Made by a program: the position numbers and the translations under genes. Positions 13,501-26,300 of a stretch of 64,000 nt of DNA are shown in pieces; position 1 is the stretch's first letter, and every line of letters begins with the position of its first letter. The DNA is from Eledone cirrhosa (Eukaryota): contig OZ024756.1 of NCBI GenBank assembly GCA_964016885.1, forward strand, positions 2,604,001 to 2,668,000, read 5' to 3'. The notes under the pieces were generated by a model that saw only the letters and a list, made by a program, of their open reading frames with translations, was not told the origin of the DNA and searched no databases.

Positions 13501-16500
13501 GTCAGTGCCACTACTACTGCAGTGTATGTCAAGTCAGTGTCACTACTACTGCAGTGTATGTCAAGTCAGTGTCACTACTACTGCAGTGTATGTCAAGTCA
13601 GTGTCACTACTACTGAATTGTATGTCAAGTCAGTGCCACTACTACTGCAGTGCATGTAAAGTCAGTGCCACTACTACTGCAGTGTATGTCAAGTCAGTGC
13701 CACTACTACTGCAGTGTATGTCAAGTCAGTGTCACTACTACTGCAGTGTATGTCAAGTCAGTGTCACTACTACTGCAGTGTATGTCAAGTCAGTGTCACT
13801 ACTACTGCAGTGCATGTCAAGTCAGTGTCACTACTACTGAAGTGTATGTCAAGTCAGTGTGACTACTACTGAAGTGTATGTCAAGTCAGTGTAACTACTA
13901 CTGCAGTACATGTCAAGTCAGTGTCACTACTACTGAAGTGTATGTCAAGTCAGTGTCACTACTACTGCAGTGTATGTCAAGTCAGTGTCACTACTACTGC
14001 AGTGTATGTCAAGTCAGTGTCGCTACTACTGAAGTGTATGTCAAGTCAGTGTCACTACTACTGAAGTGCATGTCTAGTCAGTGACACTACTACTGCAGTG
14101 TATGTCAAGTCAGTACCACTACTACTGCAGTGTATGTCAAATCAGTATCACTACCACTGCAGTACATGTCAAGTCAGTGTCACTACTACTGAAGTACATG
14201 TCAAGTCAGCGTCACTACTACTGCAGTGTATGTCAAGTCAGTGCCACTACTACTGCAGTGCATGTCAAGTCAGTGTCACTACTACTGAAGTGTATGTCAA
14301 GTCAGTGCCACTACTACTGCAGTGCATGTCTAGTCAGTGTCACTACTACTGCAGTGTATGTCAAGTCAGTACCACTACTACTGCAGTGTATGTCAAGTCG
14401 GTGACACTACTACTGCAGTGTATGTCAAGTCAGTGCCACTACTACTGCAGTACATGTCAAGTCAGTGTCACTACTACTGCAGTGTATGTCAACCAGTGCC
14501 ACTACTACTGCAGTGCATGTCAAGTCAGTGCCACTACTACTGCAGTGTATGTCAAGTCAGTGTCACTACTACTGCAATGTATGTCAAGTCAGTGTCACTA
14601 CTACTGCAGTGCATGTCAAGTCAGTGTCACTACTACTGCAGTGTATGTCAAGTCAGTGTCACTACTACTGCAGTGTATGTCAAGTCTGTGTCACTACTAC
14701 TGCAGTGTATGTCAAGTCAGTGCCACTACTACTGCAGTGTATGTCAAGTCAGTGTCACTACTACTGCAGTGTATGTCAAGTCAGTGTCACTACTACTGAA
14801 GTGTATGTCAAGTGAGTGTCACTACTACTGAAGTGTATGTCAAGTCAGTATCACTACTACTGCAGTGTATGTCAAGTCAGTGTCACTACTACTGCAGTGC
14901 ATGTCAAGTCAGTGTCACTACTACTGCAGTGTATGTCAAGTCGGTGTCACTACTACTGCAGTCCATGTCAAGTCGGTGTCACTACTACTGCAGTGTATGT
15001 CAAGTCACTGTCACTACTACTGCAGTGTATGTCAAGTCAGTGTCACTACTACTGCAGTGTATGTCAAGTCTGTGTCACTACTATTGCAGTGTATGTCAAG
15101 TCAGTGTCACTACTATTGCAGTGTATGTCAAGTCGGTGTCACTACTACTGCAGCCATGCCAAGTCGGTGTCACTACTACTGCAGTGTATGTCAAGTGAGT
15201 GTCACTACTACTGCAGTGTATGTCAAGTCAGTGTCACTACTATTGCAGTGTATGTCAAGTCAGTACCACTACTACTGAAGTGTATGTCAAGTCGGTGACA
15301 CTACTACTGCAGTGTATGTCAAGTCGGTGTCACCACTACTGCAGTCCATGTCAAGTCGGTGTCACTACTACTGCAGTGTATGTCAAGTCACTGTCACTAC
15401 TACTGCAGTGTATGTCAAGTCAGTACCACTACTACTGAAGTGTATGTCAAGTCGGTGTCACTACTACTGCAGTCCATGTCAAGTCGGTCTCACTACTACT
15501 GTAGTGTATGTCAAGTCAGTGTCACTACTACTGCAGTGTATGTCAAGTCAGTGTCACTACTACTGAAGTGTATGTCAAGTCAGTGTCACTACTACTGCAG
15601 TTTATGTCAAGTCAGTGTCACTACTACTGCAGTGTATGTCAAGTCAGTGTCACTACTACTGCAGTCCATGTCAAGTCGGTGTCACTACTACTGCAGTGTA
15701 TGTCAAGTCAGTGTCACTACTACTGCAGTGTATGTCAAGTCGGTGTCACTACTACTGCAGTGTATGTCAAGTCAGTGTCCTACTACTGAAGTGTATGTCA
15801 AGTCAGTGTCACTACTACTGAAGTGCATGTCTAGTCAGTGTCACTACTACTGCAGTGTATGTCAAGTCAGTACCACTACTACTGCAGTGTATGTCAAATC
15901 AGTATCACTACCACTGCAGTACATGTCAAGTCAGTGTCACTAATACTGAAGTGCATGTCTAGTCAGTGTCACTACTACTGCAGTGTATGTCAAGTCAGTG
16001 CCACTACTACTGCAGTGTATGTCAAGTCAGTGTCACTACTACTGAAGTATATGTCAAGTCAGTGTCACTACTACTGCAGTACATGTCAAGTCAGTGTCAC
16101 TACTACTGAAGTGTATGTCAACCAGTGCCACTACTACTGCAGTGCATGTCAAGTCAGTGTCACTACTACTGCAGTGTATGTCAAGTCAGTGCCACTACTA
16201 CTGCAGTGTATGTCAAGTCAGTGTCACTACTACTGCACTGTATGTCAAGTCAGTGTCACTACTACTGCAGTGTATGTCAAGTCAGTGTCACTACTACTGA
16301 AGTGCATGTCAAGTCAGTGTCACTACTACTGAAGTGCATGTCAAGTCAGTGTCACTACTACTGCAGTGTATGTCAAGTCAGTGTCACTACTACTGCAGTG
16401 TATGTCAAGTCAGTGTCACTACTACTGCAGTGTATGTCAATTCAGTGTCACTACTACTGAAGTGTATGTCAAGTCAGTGCCACTACTACTGCAGTGCATG

Positions 16501-17300
16501 TAAAGTCAGTGCCACTACTACTGCAGTGTATGTCAAGTCAGTGTCACTACTACTGCAGTGTATGTCAAGTCAGTGTCACTACTACTGCAGTGTATGTCAA
16601 GTCAGTGTCACTACTACTGAAGTGTATGTCAAGTCAGTGCCACTACTACTGCAGTGCATGTAAAGTCAGTGCCACTACTACTGCAGTGTATGTCAAGTCA
16701 GTGTCACTACTACTGCAATGTATGTCAAGTCAGTGTCACTACTACTGCAGTCCATGTCAAGTCGGTGTCACTACTACTGCAGTGTATGTCAAGTCACTGT
16801 CACTACTACTGCAGTGTATGTCAAGTCGGTGTCACTACTACTGCAGTCCATGTCAAGTCGGTGTCACTACTACTGCAGTGTATGTCAAGTCACTGTCACT
16901 ACTACTGCAGTGTATGTCAAGTCAGTGTCACTACTACTGCAGTGTATGTCAAGTCTGTGTCACTACTATTGCAGTGTATGTCAAGTCAGTACCACTACTA
17001 CTGAAGTGTATGTCAAGTCGGTGACACTACTACTGCAGTGTATGTCAAGTCGGTGTCACTACTACTGCAGTCCATGTCAAGTCGGTGTCACTACTACTGC
17101 AGTGTATGTCAACTCACTGTCACTACTACTGCAGTGTATGTCAAGTCAGTACCACTACTACTGAAGTGTATGTCAAGTCGGTGTCACTACTACTGCAGTC
17201 CATGTCAAGTCGGTGTCACTACTACTGCAGTGTATGTCAAGTCAGTGTCACTACTACTGAAGTGTATGTCAAGTCAGTGTCACTACTACTGCAGTTTATG
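7500..17300. repeat. ~4.9-kb tandem duplication inside the satellite (two copies, offset 4890 then 4954)
   Basis: Rare markers recur: ACTTCAGTAC at 8051/12941, TGAATTG at ~8725/13615 and GCAGCCATGCCAAG at ~10196/15150. ORF-track offsets are 7816/12706 (4890) and 10358/15312 (4954, two extra monomers). Confidence 0.88.
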
Positions 17301-20300
17301 TCAAGTCAGTGTCACTACTACTGCAGTGTATGTCAAGTCAGTGTCACTACTACTGCAGTCCATGTCAAGTCGGTGTCACTACTACTGCAGTGTATGTCAA
17401 GTCAGTGTCACTACTACTGCAGTGTATGTCAAGTCGGTGTCACTACTACTGCAGTGTATGTCAAGTCAGTGTCCTACTACTGAAGTGTATGTCAAGTCAG
17501 TGTCACTACTACTGAAGTGCATGTCTAGTCAGTGTCACTACTACTGCAGTGTATGTCAAGTCAGTACCACTACTACTGCAGTGTATGTCAAATCAGTATC
17601 ACTACCACTGCAGTACATGTCAAGTCAGTGTCACTAATACTGAAGTGCATGTCTAGTCAGTGTCACTACTACTGCAGTGTATGTCAAGTCAGTGCCACTA
17701 CTACTGCAGTGTATGTCAAGTCAGTGTCACTACTACTGAAGTGTATGTCAAGTCAGTGTCACTACTACTGCAGTACATGTCAAGTCAGTGTCACTACTAC
17801 TGAAGTGTATGTCAAGTCAGTGCCACTACTACTGCAGTACATGTCAAGTCAGTGTCACTACTACTGCAGTGTATGTCAAGTCAGTACCACTACTACTGCA
17901 GTGTATGTCAAGTCGGTGACACTACTACTGTAGTACATGTCAAGTCAGTGTCACTACTACTGAAGTGTATGTCAACCAGTGCCACTACTACTGCAGTGCA
18001 TGTCAAGTCAGTGTCACTACTACTGCAGTGTATGTCAAGTCAGTGCCACTACTACTGCAGTGTATGTCAAGTCAGTGTCACTACTACTGCACTGTATGTC
18101 AAGTCAGTGTCACTACTACTGCAGTGTATGTCAAGTCAGTGTCACTACTACTGAAGTGCATGTCAAGTCAGTGTCACTACTACTGAAGTGCATGTCAAGT
18201 CAGTGTCACTACTACTGCAGTGTATGTCAAGTCAGTGTCACTACTACTGCAGTGTATGTCAAGTCAGTGTCACTACTACTGCAGTGTATGTCAAGTCAGT
18301 GTCACTACTACTGAAGTGTATGTCAAGTCAGTGCCACTACTACTGCAGTGCATGTAAAGTCAGTGCCACTACTACTGCAGTGTATGTCAAGTCAGTGTCA
18401 CTACTACTGCAGTGTATGTCAAGTCAGTGTCACTACTACTGCAGTGTATGTCAAGTCAGTGTCACTACTACTGAAGTGTATGTCAAGTCAGTGCCACTAC
18501 TACTGCAGTGCATGTAAAGTCAGTGCCACTACTACTGCAGTGTATGTCAAGTCAGTGTCACTACTACTGCAATGTATGTCAAGTCAGTGTCACTACTACT
18601 GCAGTGCATGTCAAGTCAGTGTCACTACTACTGCAGTGTATGTCAAGTCAGTACCACTACTACTGCAGTGTATGTCAAGTCGATGACACTACTACTGCAG
18701 TGTATGTCAAGTCAGTGCCACTACTACTGCAGTACATGTCAAGGCAGTGTCACTACTACTGCAGTGTATGTCAACCAGTGGCACTACTACTGCAGTGCAT
18801 GTCAAGTCAGTGCCACTACTACTGCAGTGTATGTCAAGTCAGTGCCACTACTACTGCAGTGTATGTCAAGTCAGTGTCACTACTACTGAAGTGTATGTCA
18901 AGTCAGTGTCACTACTACTGCAGTACATGTCAAGTCAGTGTCACTACTACTGAAGTGTATGTCAAGTCAGTGCCACTACTACTGCAGTACATGTCAAGTC
19001 AGTGTCACTACTACTGCAGTGTATGTCAAGTCAGTACCACTACTACTGCAGTGTATGTCAAGTCGGTGACACTACTACTGCAGTACATGTCAAGTCAGTG
19101 TCACTACTACTGAAGTGTATGTCAACCAGTGCCACTACTACTGCAGTGCATGTCAAGTCAGTGTCACTACTACTGCAGTGTATGTCAAGTCAGTGCCACT
19201 ACTACTGCAGTGTATGTCAAGTCAGTGTCACTACTACTGCACTGTATGTCAAGTCAGTGTCACTACTACTGCAGTGTATGTCAAGTCAGTGTCACTACTA
19301 CTGAAGTGCATGTCAAGTCAGTGTCACTACTACTGAAGTGCATGTCAAGTCAGTGTCACTACTACTGCAGTGTATGTCAAGTCAGTGTCACTACTACTGC
19401 AGTGTATGTCAAGTCAGTGTCACTACTACTGCAGTGTATGTCAAGTCAGTGTCACTACTACTGAAGTGTATGTCAAGTCAGTGCCACTACTACTGCAGTG
19501 CATGTAAAGTCAGTGCCACTACTACTGCAGTGTATGTCAAGTCAGTGTCACTACTACTGCAGTGTATGTCAAGTCAGTGTCACTACTACTGCAGTGTATG
19601 TCAAGTCAGTGTCACTACTACTGAAGTGTATGTCAAGTCAGTGCCACTACTACTGCAGTGCATGTAAAGTCAGTGCCACTACTACTGCAGTGTATGTCAA
19701 GTCAGTGTCACTACTACTGCAATGTATGTCAAGTCAGTGTCACTACTACTGCAGTGCATGTCAAGTCAGTGTCACTACTACTGCAGTGTATGTCAAGTCG
19801 ATGACACTACTACTGCAGTGTATGTCAAGTCAGTGCCACTACTACTGCAGTACATGTCAAGGCAGTGTCACTACTACTGCAGTGTATGTCAACCAGTGGC
19901 ACTACTACTGCAGTGCATGTCAAGTCAGTGCCACTACTACTGCAGTGTATGTCAAGTCAGTGCCACTACTACTGCAGTGTATGTCAAGTCAGTGTCACTA
20001 CTACTGCAGTGCATGTCAAGTCAGTGTCACTACTACTGCAGTGTATGTCAAGTCAGTGTCACTACTACTGCAGTGTATGTCAAGTCTGTGTCACTACTAC
20101 TGCAGTGTATGTCAAGTCAGTGCCACTACTACTGCAGTGTATGTCAAGTCAGTGTCACTACTACTGCAGTGTATGTCAAGTCAGTGTCACTACTACTGAA
20201 GTGTATGTCAAGTCAGTGTCACTACTACTGAAGTGTATGTCAAGTCAGTATCACTACTACTGCAGTGTATGTCAAGTCAGTGTCACTAATACTGCAGTGC

Positions 20301-23300
20301 ATGTCAAGTCAGTGTCACTACTACTGCAGTGTATGTCAAGTCGGTGTCACTACTACTGCAGTCCATGTCAAGTCGGTGTCACTACTACTGCAGTGTATGT
20401 CAAGTCACTGTCACTACTACTGCAGTGTATGTCAAGTCAGTGCCACTACTACTGCAGTGTATGTCAAGTCTGTGTCACTACTATTGCAGTGTATGTCAAG
20501 TCAGTACCACTACTACTGCAGTGTATGTCAAGTCAGTATCACTACTACTGCAGTGTATGTCAAGTCAGTGCCACTACTACTGAAGTGTATGTCAAGTCGG
20601 TGTCACTACTACTGCAGCCATGTCAAGTCGGTGTCACTACTACTGCAGTGTATGTCAAGTCAGTGTCACTACTACTGCAGTGTATGTCAAGTCAGTGTCA
20701 CTACTATTGCAGTGTATGTCAAGTCAGTACCACTTCTACTGAAGTGTATGTCAAGTCGGTGACACTACTACTGCAGTGTATGTCAAGTCGGTGTCACTAC
20801 TACTGCAGTCCATGTCAAGTCGGTGTCACCACTACTGCAGTGTATGTCAAGTCACTGTCACTACTACTGCAGTGTATGTCAAGTCAGTACCACTACTACT
20901 GAAGTGTATGTCAAGTCGGTGTCACTACTACTGCAGTCCATGTCAAGTCGGTGTCTCTACTACTGTAGTGTATGTCAAGTCAGTGTCACTACTACTGCAG
21001 TGTATGTCAAGTCAGTGTCACTACTACTGAAGTGTATGTCAAGTCAGTGTCACTACTACTGCAGTTAATGTCAAGTCAGTGTCACTACTACTGCAGTGTA
21101 TGTCAAGTCACTGTCACTACTACTGCAGTGTATGTCAAGTCAGTACCACTACTACTGCAGTGTATGTCAAGTCAGTATCACTACTACTGCAGTGTATGTC
21201 AAGTCAGTGTCACTACTACTGCAGTCCATGTCAAGTCGGTGTCACTACTACTGCAGTGTATGTCAAGTCAGTGTCACTACTACTGCAGTGTATGTCAAGT
21301 CGGTGTCACTACTACTGCAGTGTATGTCAAGTCAGTGTCCTACTACTGAAGTGTATGTCAAGTCAGTGTCACTACTACTGAAGTGCATGTCTAGTCAGTG
21401 TCACTACTACTGCAGTGTATGTCAAGTCAGTACCACTACTACTGCAGTGTATGTCAAATCAGTATCACTAACACTGCTGTACATGTCAAGTCAGTGTCAC
21501 TAATACTGAAGTGCATGTCTAGTCAGTGTCACTACTACTGCAGTGTATGTCAAGTCAGTGCCACTACTACTGCAGTGTATGTCAAGTCAGTGTCACTACT
21601 ACTGAAGTGTATGTCAAGTCAGTGTCACTACTACTGCAGTACATGTCAAGTCAGTGTCACTACTACTGAAGTGTATGTCAAGTCAGTGCCACTACTACTG
21701 CAGTACATGTCAAGTCAGTGTCACTACTACTGCAGTGTATGTCAAGTCAGTACCACTACTACTGCAGTGTATGTCAAGTCGGTGACACTACTACTGCAGT
21801 ACATGTCAAGTCAGTGTCACTACTACTGCAGTGTATGTCAAGTCAGTGTCACTACTACTGCAGTGTATGTCAAGTCGGTGTCACTACTACTGCAGTGTAT
21901 GTCAAGTCAGTGTCCTACTACTGAAGTGTATGTCAAGTCAGTGTCACTACTACTGAAGTGCATGTCTAGTCAGTGTCACTACTACTGCAGTGTATGTCAA
22001 GTCAGTACCACTACTACTGCAGTGTATGTCAAATCAGTATCACTACCACTGCAGTACATGTCAAGTCAGTGTCACTAATACTGAAGTGCATGTCTAGTCA
22101 GTGTCACTACTACTGCAGTGTATGTCAAGTCAGTGCCACTACTACTGCAGTGTATGTCAAGTCAGTGTCACTACTACTGAAGTGTTTGTCAAGTCAGTGT
22201 CACTACTACTGCAGTACATGTCAAGTCAGTGTCACTACTACTGAAGTGTATGTCAAGTCAGTGCCACTACTACTGCAGTACATGTCAAGTCAGTGTCACT
22301 ACTACTGCAGTGTATGTCAAGTCAGTACCACTACTACTGCAGTGTATGTCAAGTCGGTGACACTACTACTGCAGTACATGTCAAGTCAGTGTCACTACTA
22401 CTGAAGTGTATGTCAACCAGTGCCACTACTACTGCAGTGCATGTCAAGTCAGTGTCACTACTACTGCAGTGTATGTCAAGTCAGTGCCACTATTACTGCA
22501 GTGTATGTCAAGTCAGTGTCACTACTACTGCACTGTATGTCAAGTCAGTGTCACTACTACTGCAGTACATGTCAAGTCAGTGTCACTACTACTGAAGTGC
22601 ATGTCAAGTCAGTGTCACTACTACTTAAGTGCATGTCAAGTCAGTGTCACTACTACTGCAGTGTATGTCAAGTCAGTGTCACTACTACTGCAGTGTATGT
22701 CAAGTCAGTGTCACTACTACTGCAGTGTATGTCAAGTCAGTGTCACTACTACTGAAGTGTATGTCAAGTCAGTGCCACTACTACTGCAGTGCATGTAAAG
22801 TCAGTGCCACTACTACTGCAGTGTATGTCAAGTCAGTGTCACTACTACTGCAGTGTATGTCAAGTCAGTGTCACTACTACTGCAGTGTATGTCAAGTCAG
22901 TGTCACTACTACTGAAGTGTATGTCAAATCAGTGCCACTACTACTGCAGTGCATGTAAAGTCAGTGCCACTACTACTGCAGTGTATGTCAAGTCAGTGCC
23001 ACTACTACTGCAGTGTATGTCAAGTCAGTGTCACTACTACTGCAATGTATGTCAAGTCAGTGTCACTACTACTGCAGTGCATGTCAAGTCAGTGTCACTA
23101 CTACTGCAGTGTATGTCAAGTCAGTGTCACTACTACTGCAGTGTATGTCAAGTCTGTGTCACTACTACTGCAGTGTATGTCAAGTCAGTGCCACTACTAC
23201 TGCAGTGTATGTCAAGTCAGTGTCACTACTACTGCAGTGTATGTCAAGTCAGTGTCACTACTACTGAAGTGTATGTCAAGTCAGTGCCACTACTACTGCA

Positions 23301-26300
23301 GTGCATGTAAAGTCAGTGTCACTACTACTGCAGTGTATGTCAAATCAGTGTCACTACTACTGCAGTGTATGTCAAGTCAGTGTCACTACTACTGCAGTGT
23401 ATATCAAGTCAGTGTCACTACTACTGCAGTGTATGTCAATTCAGTGTCACTACTACTGAAGTGTATGTCAAGTCAGTGCCACTACTACTGCAGTGCATGT
23501 AAAGTCAGTGCCACTACTACTGCAGTGTATGTCAAGTCAGTGTCACTACTACTGCAGTGTATGTCAAGTCAGTGTCACTACTACTGCAGTGTATGTCAAG
23601 TCAGTGTCACTACTACTGAAGTGTATGTCAAGTCAGTGCCACTACTACTGCAGTGCATGTAAAGTCAGTGCCACTACTACTGCAGTGTATGTCAAGTCAG
23701 TGTCACTACTACTGCAATGTATGTCAAGTCAGTGTCACTACTACTGCAGTCCATGTCAAGTCGGTGTCACTACTACTGCAGTGTATGTCAAGTCACTGTC
23801 ACTACTACTGCAGTGTATGTCAAGTCGGTGTCACTACTACTGCAGTCCATGTCAAGTCGGTGTCACTACTACTGCAGTGTATGTCAAGTCACTGTCACTA
23901 CTACTGCAGTGTATGTCAAGTCAGTGTCACTACTACTGCAGTGTATGTCAAGTCTGTGTCACTACTATTGCAGTGTATGTCAAGTCAGTACCACTACTAC
24001 TGAAGTGTATGTCAAGTCGGTGACACTACTACTGCAGTGTATGTCAAGTCGGTGTCACTACTACTGCAGTCCATGTCAAGTCGGTGTCACTACTACTGCA
24101 GTGTATGTCAAGTCACTGTCACTACTACTGCAGTGTATGTCAAGTCAGTACCACTACTACTGAAGTGTATGTCAAGTCGGTGTCACTACTACTGCAGTCC
24201 ATGTCAAGTCGGTGTCACTACTACTGCAGTGTATGTCAAGTCAGTGTCACTACTACTGAAGTGTATGTCAAGTCAGTGTCACTACTACTGCAGTTTATGT
24301 CAAGTCAGTGTCACTACTACTGCAGTGTATGTCAAGTCAGTGTCACTACTACTGCAGTCCATGTCAAGTCGGTGTCACTACTACTGCAGTGTATGTCAAG
24401 TCAGTGTCACTACTACTGCAGTGTATGTCAAGTCGGTGTCACTACTACTGCAGTGTATGTCAAGTCAGTGTCCTACTACTGAAGTGTATGTCAAGTCAGT
24501 GTCACTACTACTGAAGTGCATGTCTAGTCAGTGTCACTACTACTGCAGTGTATGTCAAGTCAGTACCACTACTACTGCAGTGTATGTCAAATCAGTATCA
24601 CTACCACTGCAGTACATGTCAAGTCAGTGTCACTAATACTGAAGTGCATGTCTAGTCAGTGTCACTACTACTGCAGTGTATGTCAAGTCAGTGCCACTAC
24701 TACTGCAGTGTATGTCAAGTCAGTGTCACTACTACTGAAGTGTATGTCAAGTCAGTGTCACTACTACTGCAGTACATGTCAAGTCAGTGTCACTACTACT
24801 GAAGTGTATGTCAAGTCAGTGCCACTACTACTGCAGTACATGTCAAGTCAGTGTCACTACTACTGCAGTGTATGTCAAGTCAGTACCACTACTACTGCAG
24901 TGTATGTCAAGTCGGTGACACTACTACTGCAGTACATGTCAAGTCAGTGTCACTACTACTGAAGTGTATGTCAACCAGTGCCACTACTACTGCAGTGCAT
25001 GTCAAGTCAGTGTCACTACTACTGCAGTGTATGTCAAGTCAGTGCCACTACTACTGCAGTGTATGTCAAGTCAGTGTCACTACTACTGCACTGTATGTCA
25101 AGTCAGTGTCACTACTACTGCAGTGTATGTCAAGTCAGTGTCACTACTACTGAAGTGCATGTCAAGTCAGTGTCACTACTACTGAAGTGCATGTCAAGTC
25201 AGTGTCACTACTACTGCAGTGTATGTCAAGTCAGTGTCACTACTACTGCAGTGTATGTCAAGTCAGTGTCACTACTACTGCAGTGTATGTCAAGTCAGTG
25301 TCACTACTACTGAAGTGTATGTCAAGTCAGTGCCACTACTACTGCAGTGCATGTAAAGTCAGTGCCACTACTACTGCAGTGTATGTCAAGTCAGTGTCAC
25401 TACTACTGCAGTGTATGTCAAGTCAGTGTCACTACTACTGCAGTGTATGTCAAGTCAGTGTCACTACTACTGAAGTGTATGTCAAGTCAGTGCCACTACT
25501 ACTGCAGTGCATGTAAATCAGTGCCACTACTACTGCAGTGTATGTCAAGTCAGTGTCACTACTACTGCAATGTATGTCAAGTCAGTGTCACTACTACTGC
25601 AGTGCATGTCAAGTCAGTGTCACTACTACTGCAGTGTATGTCAAGTCAGTACCACTACTACTGCAGTGTATGTCAAGTCGATGACACTACTACTGCAGTG
25701 TATGTCAAGTCAGTGCCACTACTACTGCAGTACATGTCAAGGCAGTGTCACTACTACTGCAGTGTATGTCAACCAGTGGCACTACTACTGCAGTGCATGT
25801 CAAGTCAGTGCCACTACTACTGCAGTGTATGTCAAGTCAGTGCCACTACTACTGCAGTGTATGTCAAGTCAGTGTCACTACTACTGAAGTGTATGTCAAG
25901 TCAGTGTCACTACTACTGCAGTACATGTCAAGTCAGTGTCACTACTACTGAAGTGTATGTCAAGTCAGTGCCACTACTACTGCAGTACATGTCAAGTCAG
26001 TGTCACTACTACTGCAGTGTATGTCAAGTCAGTACCACTACTACTGCAGTGTATGTCAAGTCGGTGACACTACTACTGCAGTACATGTCAAGTCAGTGTC
26101 ACTACTACTGCAGTGTATGTCAAGTCAGTGTCACTACTACTGCAGTGTATGTCAAGTCTGTGTCACTACTATTGCAGTGTATGTCAAGTCAGTACCACTA
26201 CTACTGAAGTGTATGTCAAGTCGGTGACACTACTACTGCAGTGTATGTCAAGTCGGTGTCACTACTACTGCAGTCCATGTCAAGTCGGTGTCACTACTAC

